DNA from: Macrostomum lignano
Lineage: Eukaryota
Assembly: GCA_002269645.1 (NCBI GenBank)
Contig: NIVC01002648.1
Location: 57,823 to 121,822 of the forward strand
Reading direction: 5' to 3'
DNA: 64,000 nucleotides
Positions within the stretch are counted from its first letter, which is position 1. The number at the start of each line of letters is the position of its first letter. The notes under the pieces were generated by a model that saw only the letters and a list, made by a program, of their open reading frames with translations, ran no database searches and was not told the origin of the DNA. Both the position numbers and the translations under genes were made by a program. Positions 60,957 through 64,000 of this stretch are shown one piece after another.

Positions 60957-63742
60957 ATGCCGCCGCCTCAACTTCGCGCTTGGAGGTTGCTGACCGTACT
61001 GGCCGCCTTGGCTGCGTCCGCCGCCGCTGCCGGGTCCCCTATCGTCTTCCAGCTGGACGAAGACGACGGCCGAATGCCGCCGCCGCCGACGTCCGCCGAA
61101 CAGCAGCGTCGGCAGCTCCGCCAGATCGGACGGCTGGACGTCGGCCAGGCCTCTTCCAGCGCCTCACCGATCCGATTCACCCTGCTGCGCGCTCCCGGCG
61201 ACACTCTGGCTGGCCAGTTCGACGTCGACTCCGACAGAGGCGCGGTCAGCTACCGGGGCGCCAGAATCGACCGAGACAGCCTCTGCGCCACCACCGGCGC
61301 CTGCTGCGACTCCAGCCGTCAGGTCTGCGTCATCCAGCTGCGGGTGCGCGCCATCAACCCGTCCGCTCCGGACAGCAGCCGCAGCCTGCTGGTGGAGATT
61401 CACCTGCGCGACGTCAACGACAACGCGCCCAGCTTCCCCAGGCCGGAACTCCAGCTGACGCTGGACGAGAACGGTCACCAGGGCGAGGAGATCGCGCTGC
61501 CAGCCTCTACGGACGCCGACGCTGGCGAGAACGGCATCGAGAGCTACGAGCTTGTCGGCGACACTGCGGGACACTTCCAGCTGAGGACGAGCGGCGGCGG
61601 CGGCCGTCCGGAGCCCAGGCTGCTGGTGACGAAGCCGCTGGACCGGAGGAGACGCCGGAGCTCCGGTTAACCCTGGTGGCCCGCGATGGCGGCGACCCGC
61701 GCCTGTCTGGCCAGCTCCGCATCCGCGTCCGCGTCAACGACAAAAACGACGAGACGCCTCGGTTTCATCTGGACGGACTGCGGCCGCCGCTGACTGTCCG
61801 GCTGTCCGAGACGCATCCGGCTGGAGCCGACCAGCCGTTCCTGCTGCTGAACGCCACCGACTCCGACGCTGGCCTCAACTCCCGCCTGCGCTACCGGCTG
61901 CGCGACTCTCAGCAACGCGCCCAGTCTCTATTCTTCATCAACCCGTCCACTGGAGCTCTCAGCCTCGCCAGCCAGCTGGACTACGAGCGGGCGCCGGTGC
62001 ACACTCTGGTCGTCGAGGCTGTCGATCGGGACGGCGGCTTCGCCAGCGGCGGCGTCGCTTCGCGCACCGGCAGCGTCACGCTGACGATCAGCGTCTTGGA
62101 CGTCAACGACGAGGCGCCGGTGATCGTGCTGACGTCGCTCAGCTCAGATGGTCAGTTGAGCGTCGACGAGAACAAACCGCCGGACACTCTGGTGGCCTGG
62201 CTGACGGTCTCTGACGCTGACAGCAGCGGAGTCCGCGGGGTCGACTGCCGACTTGGAGACGACAAAAGAGATTCCGGCGGCAGCGGCGGCGGCTTCCGCC
62301 TGCTGGCAAAGTCGAGCACGGTGGGCCTCGACCAGCAAGAGTTCGAGCTGAGGACCGCTCGGCAGCTGGACGCCGAGACGAGCCCGAAGGTGAACCTGAC
62401 GATCGTCTGTACGGACCGCGGCAAGCCGCCGTTGAGCAGCAGACGCAGCATTCGCGTGATCGTCAACAACCTCAACGACAACGCACCGACATTCCAGGTG
62501 CCGGGTGCCGGTGGCCAGCCGCCGCTGCGCGCTCAGCGTCCCGGAGAACCGGCGGCCCGGCTGGCTCGTCTGCGGTCTCAACGCCACCGACGCCGACGGT
62601 GACGCGATCCGATTCGAGCTGCTCGAGTTCGGTCGGGCGCCGTTTCGACTGGACGAACGGACCGGCCGGCTGTACGCGACCGAGAGCTTCGACAGGGAGC
62701 TGGTGGACGAGTATCACCTGCGGTGGGTGCAGCTTGCTTTCTTAGGTTGCACGGTCTCAAATTTTGGTTTTCATAGTGCCGACGGACCTACTAGCGATGA
62801 GACAATAAGATTAACGACCGGATTAGCAACAGGATTAGCATCTGGATTAGCAACTGGATTAGCAAATGGATTAGCAACAGGATTAGCATCTGGATTAGCA
62901 TCTGGATTAGCATCTGGATTAGCAACTAGATTAACAACTGGATTAGCAACTGGATTAGCATATGGATTAGCATCTGGATTAGCATCTGGATTAGCAACTG
63001 GATTAGCATCTGGATTAGCATCTGGATTAGCAACTGGATTAGCAACTGGATTAGCATCTGGATTAGCAACTGGATTAGCATCTGGATTAGCATCTGGATT
63101 AGCATCTGGATTAGCAACTGGATTAGCATCTGGATTAGCATCTGGATTAGCAACTGGATTAGCAACTGGATTAGCATCTGGATTAGCAACTGGATTAGCA
63201 ACTGGATTAGCAACAGATTAGCATCTGGATTAGCATCTGGATTAGCATCTGGATTAGCAACTGGATTAGCAACTGGATTAGCAACTGGATTAGCAACTGG
63301 ATTAGCAACTGGATTAGCAACTGGATTAGCAACTGGATTAGCAACTAACCTGAACCTACAAGGTCCGCGCCACCGACCTCGGCAAGCGCCGCTCCTCTCC
63401 TCGCGCCGCTCGACGTTATCGTCAAAATCAGCGACGTCAACGACAATCCGCCCAGCTTCCCGCCCGGCACCGTCTACGAATTCACTGTGTCCGAGTCGGC
63501 CGAACCCGGACAGCCGTTAGGCGTACTTCGAGCTGACGATCCGGACGCCGGAGAAAATGGCCGGGTAGTACAGCCTGGCCGAGTTCGCGGCGCGGCGTCG
63601 ATTCAGACTCGATCCGGACACCGGACAGCTGTCCACCCGCGAAGCTGGACAGGGAGGTGGACGGACCGAGGCACAGCTTCACGGTCTGGGCTGTGGATGG
63701 TGGCCGGGTCAGGAGAACGCCACGGCTCAGGTCACAGTCCTG
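60957..63742 (+). CDS. Protocadherin-like cadherin (signal peptide plus ~6 EC repeats), continuing beyond the window; several single-base indels
   Basis: Cadherin calcium motifs [57 protein letters not shown]. Exon 1 is 60957 to about 62722; exon 2 is about 63363-63742 (donor GTGAGT). Frame breaks near 61645, 62530, 63390, 63570 and 63640. Confidence 0.85.
62820..63346. repeat. 12-bp minisatellite (ggattagca[a/t]ct) in protocadherin intron 1
   Basis: Direct reading. Confidence 0.95.
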
Positions 63743-63767
63743 GTGAGTGCCTTGGGAGATGATGGTA

Positions 63768-64000
63768 GAGGAGACAGGTAGATAGACAGTGAGAAGGAGA
63801 CAGGTAGATAGACAGTGAGAAGGAGACAGGTAGTAGACAGTGAGAAGGAGACAGTTAGATAGACCGTAGAAGGAGACAGGTAGATAGACAGTGAGAAGGA
63901 GACAGGTAGATAGACCGTGAGAAGGAGACAGTTAGATAGACAGTGAGAAGGAGACAGGTAGATAGACAGTGAGAAGGAGACAGGTAGACAGACCGTGAGG
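63768..64000. repeat. 26-bp minisatellite (gagaaggagacaggtagatagacagt) in protocadherin intron 2
   Basis: Direct reading, runs to the window end. Confidence 0.9.

Noticed and set aside
62820-63346. Telomere-like reading of the ggattagca repeat
   Set aside because: The unit is 12 bp, lacks TTAGGG or TTAGG, and is intronic.

Overview
This is eukaryotic (animal) genomic DNA, not prokaryotic. GC-rich poly-Ala/Gln coding exons, introns filled with 12-36 bp minisatellites and a flatworm-style protocadherin point to the flatworm Macrostomum lignano or a congener (inference; not checked against a database). I reconstructed five complete spliced genes by hand, with phase-consistent GT-AG introns. On the minus strand: an aldo-keto reductase (26962->24945) followed by an SV2-family MFS transporter (23963->14620). 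On the plus strand: FAM114A (29775-32610), SMG7 (34245-41050) and TANGO1/MIA3 (44539-54930). There is also an indel-damaged protocadherin (60957 to the window end), an orphan ORF with one frameshift (4564-5306) and a candidate 94-aa three-exon gene (56484-59231). Mobile DNA comprises a tRNA-derived SINE and several MITEs. About 25 different tandem arrays fill most introns and intergenic spacers; almost all long ORFs in the supplied track are translations of these arrays. Main hypotheses: (1) a bidirectional, array-free AT-rich promoter drives two divergent trans-spliced operons, with arrays mostly in transcribed-and-excised sequence; (2) inverted 35-bp arrays bracket SMG7 exons 1-3, predicting a fold-back stem and a circRNA; (3) SMG7 exon 2 is a recursive-splice-type exon; (4) high exon GC3 tracks neighbouring minisatellites; (5) some minisatellite units come from transposon termini. 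No CRISPR arrays, rRNA or intact tRNA genes were found.
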